From Burkholderiales bacterium (GTDB lineage Bacteria; Pseudomonadota; Gammaproteobacteria; Burkholderiales; SG8-41), in contig DATFVY010000054.1 in NCBI GenBank assembly GCA_035259925.1, positions 1-26,447 of the forward strand: a stretch of 26,447 nucleotides of DNA. Reading direction: 5' to 3'. Below, piece after piece: positions 23,371 through 26,447 of this stretch (within the stretch, counting starts at the first letter, position 1; the number at the start of each line of letters is the position of its first letter). The notes beneath the pieces are model-generated. The model searched no databases, had not been told where the DNA came from, and was given only the letters and a program-made list of their open reading frames with translations. The position numbers and the translations under genes were made by a program.

Positions 23371-24458
23371 ATTCCCAGGTCCAGATTGAAGATATCGCCC
23401 AGCTCCTGGCCGGTCGCGCCGACCCGCTCCAGCGCCGGATTCGCCTCGAACCGGATGCCCTCCTCGACGGTCACCGCGAAGTTCTCGAGCCGATAGCGCA
23501 GCGTGCGGACGACCGCCCACGGAATGAGAAATCCTGCCGTGGCTGCCACCGCGACTGCATTTCCGATGTACAGGCGCGCCAGCTTCCATGCTCCGAGCGA
23601 GCTGGAGCACCGGATGCCCGGCCCGTAGGTGCCGTTCCACATCAGGTTGGCGGTGCGTGCCTGGATATAGGCATAAACCACGGCGTAGGCCGCGTAGATC
23701 AGGACCATGGGCACGACGAAACCCAGCCAGGCTATCGACTCGGGCAGCCACGGCATGGTCATCGCGAACCCCATGCCCACCGAGATCGGGACGACCAGGG
23801 CCATGAGGATCAGGCCGCCGATCAAGTAGATCGCGAAGTAGTCGCCGGCGGAGATGCGGCAACCGAAGCCCGTTGTGCCCAGCGCGTGGTGGGACACCAC
23901 GAACGCTTTCTGCCGCGCCACGAACCAGGGGTAAGCGAGACCCAGCGTCAGCACGGCGACGATCAGCATGCCGATGTAAATCCGCGCTGCCCGTCCCGTC
24001 GTCCCGGAGAAATCGAAGCGCAGGCCGCGATAGGCCGAATTGCGCGCGTTGAACGTGAAGGCCCGCACGATGAGCCAGGGAAGCACCAGGATCGCCACCG
24101 CCCAGAATGCATAGGTCGCCGGCGGATAGAGCTCGCTCGCGAAGGCGTAGGTAACGAAGATGATGAAGGCGACGATGCGCCCCTTGAGGATCACCTTGGG
24201 GCTGCCGAAGTAGTCGAAGCTGTCGCCGTCGAGGCGGGTGCTGCCGTAGAAGTAGCGCTTCTTGCGCACCTTGGCCCACGCCGAGTAGATGCCGAGCGTG
24301 ATCAGGGTGAAGAACAGGTTGACGATCCAGATGCGGAAATACTCACCCGCCGAGCCGGTGAATTCCGGCCGGAGCGTGCGCTCCCCTGCCGCGCCCGGGT
24401 GCGCGCCTGAAGGCGGGTCGCCGGGCCTAGCTGGTGCCAGCGGTATGCCGCTGTCCAA
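23367..24458 (-). CDS. yjgN: YjgN (DUF898) family inner membrane protein
   Basis: FTGSAGEYFRIWIVNLFFTLITLGIYSAWAKVRKKRYFYGST and NARNSAYRGLRF; gene pair with an M48 peptidase. Start uncertain: TTG 24458 follows GGGAGAGGA, TTG 24500 is the alternative. Confidence 0.9.
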   Translation of the reverse strand: MDSGIPLAPARPGDPPSGAHPGAAGERTLRPEFTGSAGEYFRIWIVNLFFTLITLGIYSAWAKVRKKRYFYGSTRLDGDSFDYFGSPKVILKGRIVAFIIFVTYAFASELYPPATYAFWAVAILVLPWLIVRAFTFNARNSAYRGLRFDFSGTTGRAARIYIGMLIVAVLTLGLAYPWFVARQKAFVVSHHALGTTGFGCRISAGDYFAIYLIGGLILMALVVPISVGMGFAMTMPWLPESIAWLGFVVPMVLIYAAYAVVYAYIQARTANLMWNGTYGPGIRCSSSLGAWKLARLYIGNAVAVAATAGFLIPWAVVRTLRYRLENFAVTVEEGIRFEANPALERVGATGQELGDIFNLDLGI

Positions 24459-24896
24459 TCCTCTCCCTTCCCCGACACGAGCTGCCGGACCCGGGCTCAA
24501 GCAACCTTGAGGAATCCCCGGCCGTAGAGCCGCTTCGACGCTTCTGCGCGCGGGTTGATCGACGCCATTCTATTGTTCGTCGCATCGATGACAACGCGTT
24601 GATCGTTCTTGGCGAGGGCCGGCTCGATCCAGTCGCGGATCCACCTCACCGGGAGCTTCGTCTTCGTGCGGCGGCGATCCGCTCGCCGTTCTTTTCCGGT
24701 TGCGGCGTGCAGGAGATGAACAGGCTGCTGACCATGCGGTGTTATACAACGTCTCGGTCAGCAAGGCTAATAAGTCTCGTAGGATCAGAGTGATGCATAA
24801 CAAAATCTCACAGAATGTGAGGTTTGGGCCGAGCCTTTTCCGGAATGTGAAATTGGACGGCAGCGAACTCGTTGCTGCGCCGCTGGTCACTGGGTC

Positions 24897-25199
24897 ATGA
24901 GCCGAGGGAACGCCAGGATCGGAAGAGTCACGGGCTGGGCGGGCCTGTGGCTGCTGCTGATCGCTCCGGCCTACGCCGCTGATACCGGTCAGCGCAGCGA
25001 TCCCGTCGATCCGATCTGCCGGGAGCGCAATGCGCCTCCGGAAAGGTGCGTGATCGACGACGGCCCGCCTCCCCCCCGCCCACGGGCTGCCGGAACGCAA
25101 CCACCGCAGGGGCCGGCTGCGCCCCCCGGCACCGGCATCGATGGTGGCGGTGGGCCCAAGGTCCCGCCGAGAGCGACGTCACCCCGAGGCCTCAAATAG
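24897..25199 (+). CDS. Small secreted Pro/Gly-rich hypothetical protein (100 aa)
   Basis: Sec-type signal ending AYA-AD, a two-Cys segment (DPIC..ERCVIDDG) and a low-complexity Pro-rich tail. RBS is weak. Confidence 0.55.
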   Translation: MSRGNARIGRVTGWAGLWLLLIAPAYAADTGQRSDPVDPICRERNAPPERCVIDDGPPPPRPRAAGTQPPQGPAAPPGTGIDGGGGPKVPPRATSPRGLK

Positions 25200-25343
25200 G
25201 GCGGGACTCCTCGCGCAGCGCGCGCGAGGTTTTCAGGCGTCTCGCAGGCTGAAACGCTCCCGCCTTTCATCCCCCCTTCAGGAACAGCTGCTCGCATTAG
25301 GCGATAATGCCTGGTTGCGTCACGCGCATTTCGAAGTTACCTG

Positions 25344-26279
25344 ATGGTGAAGAGCGGGTTTTGTGAGCTTGCGCAGTTCGGCCTGGTACGGTTTTCCGGC
25401 GAGGAAGCGCAGGATTTCCTGCACAACCAGTTGACGTGCGACGTCAGCGCGCTGGAGCCGGGACGCAGCACGTACGGGGCATACTGCACGCCCAAGGGGC
25501 GGGTCCTGGTGACCTTCCTTCTGTGGCGCGCGGCAGAGGGCTACTACATGCAGCTCCCCTCTTCCCTGCGCGAGCCGATCCAGAAGCAGATCTCGAAGTA
25601 CATCCTGCGCTCCAAGGTGAAAGCTGCCGATGCAACTCCCGAGTGGGCGCTGGTTGGCGTCATGGGCAAGGATGCAGCTGCACTGGCGCAGCGCGTGGCC
25701 GGCAAGGTACCCCAGGCGGTCCATGAACTCGCGCAGACGCCCGAAGCGATGGTCATCCGGTTACCGGGCGACCGTTTCGAGATCGTTGCCGCGAGCGACA
25801 AGGCACGCTCGATCCTCGAATCGCTCGCTGCGGGATCTGAAAAAGTGGACGCGGAGCAGTGGCTGCTACAGATCGTCCGCGCCGGCGTGCCGGTGATCCT
25901 GCCCCCGACGCAGGAGGAGTTCGTGCCGCAAATGGTCAATTTGGACCTGATCGGCGGCGTGAGCTACGACAAGGGATGCTATCCCGGACAGGAAATCGTG
26001 GCGCGCATGCACTATCGCGGGACGCTCAAGCAGCGCATGTACCTTGCCACCATCGGGTCCAGGGAGCAGCCGCAACCAGGTGAAAAGCTCTACAGCCCCG
26101 ACTTCGGCGAACAGGCATGCGGCACGGTGGTGAACACCGCCCGCTCCCCGGAGGGGGGACATGACCTTCTCGCGGTTGTCCAGATCAGTGCCGCGGGGCG
26201 CGGCAATCTCCACTGGAAGGCACCCGACGGTCCGGAACTCAGGCTGCTTAAGCTACCCTATAGCGTGACCGACGGCTGA
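25344..26279 (+). CDS. ygfZ: Folate-binding protein YgfZ (Fe-S cluster/tRNA modification associated)
   Basis: GEEAQDFLHNQLTCDV, CTPKGRV, EEFVPQMVNL and the signature KGCYPGQEIVARMHYRG. Confidence 0.96.
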   Translation: MVKSGFCELAQFGLVRFSGEEAQDFLHNQLTCDVSALEPGRSTYGAYCTPKGRVLVTFLLWRAAEGYYMQLPSSLREPIQKQISKYILRSKVKAADATPEWALVGVMGKDAAALAQRVAGKVPQAVHELAQTPEAMVIRLPGDRFEIVAASDKARSILESLAAGSEKVDAEQWLLQIVRAGVPVILPPTQEEFVPQMVNLDLIGGVSYDKGCYPGQEIVARMHYRGTLKQRMYLATIGSREQPQPGEKLYSPDFGEQACGTVVNTARSPEGGHDLLAVVQISAAGRGNLHWKAPDGPELRLLKLPYSVTDG

Positions 26280-26307
26280 CGGCTGGCGGCCGACAGCTCA
26301 AACAATA

Positions 26308-26447
26308 ATGGAAACGATGCCGCTGTGGCTCAAGCTGGCCTACACCGCGTATGCCGCGGTGACAGTCGCGGTCTATACCAGGAAGTATCCGCTGTGGAAT
26401 TTTCTCTGGTTCTCCGACATCGCGCTGATCCTCACGGTGCCGGCCCT
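26308..26447 (+). CDS. Membrane protein, 3'-truncated by window edge
   Basis: METMPLWLKLAYTAYAAVTVAVYTRKYPLWNFLWFSDIALILTVPA, open to the window end. Alternative ATG at 26317. Missing from the ORF track. Confidence 0.7.
   Translation, partial: METMPLWLKLAYTAYAAVTVAVYTRKYPLWNFLWFSDIALILTVPA

Noticed and set aside
18807-24279. Giant fusion proteins suggested by ORFs 18807..20663, 19562..20911 and 21112..24279
   Set aside because: The N-terminal extensions are off-frame readings of the upstream genes; coupled starts exist at 19565, 20683 and 23370.
24530-24600. RDD-family-like phrase (RRFCAR / LIDAILLFV) on the + strand
   Set aside because: It needs a frameshift, hits a stop within a few codons and has no start or further similarity.
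127-26213. Many long alternative-frame and antisense ORFs (e.g. 127..1164, 3549..4883, 7215..8252, 8776..10059, 15046..16398, 19628..20836, 24570..25100)
   Set aside because: They overlap well-supported genes, are Arg/Ala/Gly/Pro-rich with no motifs, and are expected shadows in high-GC DNA.
1-26447. tRNA (including tRNA-Sec), rRNA, IS elements, integrases or prophage genes
   Set aside because: No cloverleaf, rRNA-like tract, transposase/integrase motif or terminal-repeat-plus-target-duplication pattern was seen by eye.

Overview
GC-rich bacterial chromosomal window, probably betaproteobacterial (inference from a Bug/TctC protein, YgfX, YgfZ and GTP-dependent PEPCK). I found no rRNA, tRNA, CRISPR array, transposase or phage module. 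Layout: (1) 1-6815, a tightly coupled + strand operon that runs off the left edge: M24 hydrolase, NMT1/SsuA-type binding lipoprotein, a minimal PEP-synthase-like phosphotransferase, an AhpD/CMD-family gene, two D-2-hydroxyacid dehydrogenases and a Gfo/Idh/MocA oxidoreductase. The ORF track splits the AhpD/CMD gene in two, but it reads through an in-frame TGA in a C-K-Y-U motif followed by a SECIS-like hairpin, so it is a predicted selenoprotein. (2) pckG, two MFS transporters, a YfcG-like GST, a Bug/TctC protein, small hypotheticals and ygfX. (3) An HTH/SAM-methyltransferase-fold fusion co-transcribed with a MetF-like gene. (4) An MlaE/F/D plus PqiC-like MCE transporter, a SemiSWEET, yjgN with an unusually long M48 peptidase fusion, ygfZ and a partial membrane protein. 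The best candidate for an undescribed system is operon 1, which pairs a phosphotransferase lacking any acceptor-binding domain with a Sec-containing AhpD-like protein. The second candidate is the HTH-methyltransferase/metF unit with upstream palindromes. All functional calls come from motif recognition by eye; no database searches or folding computations were run.
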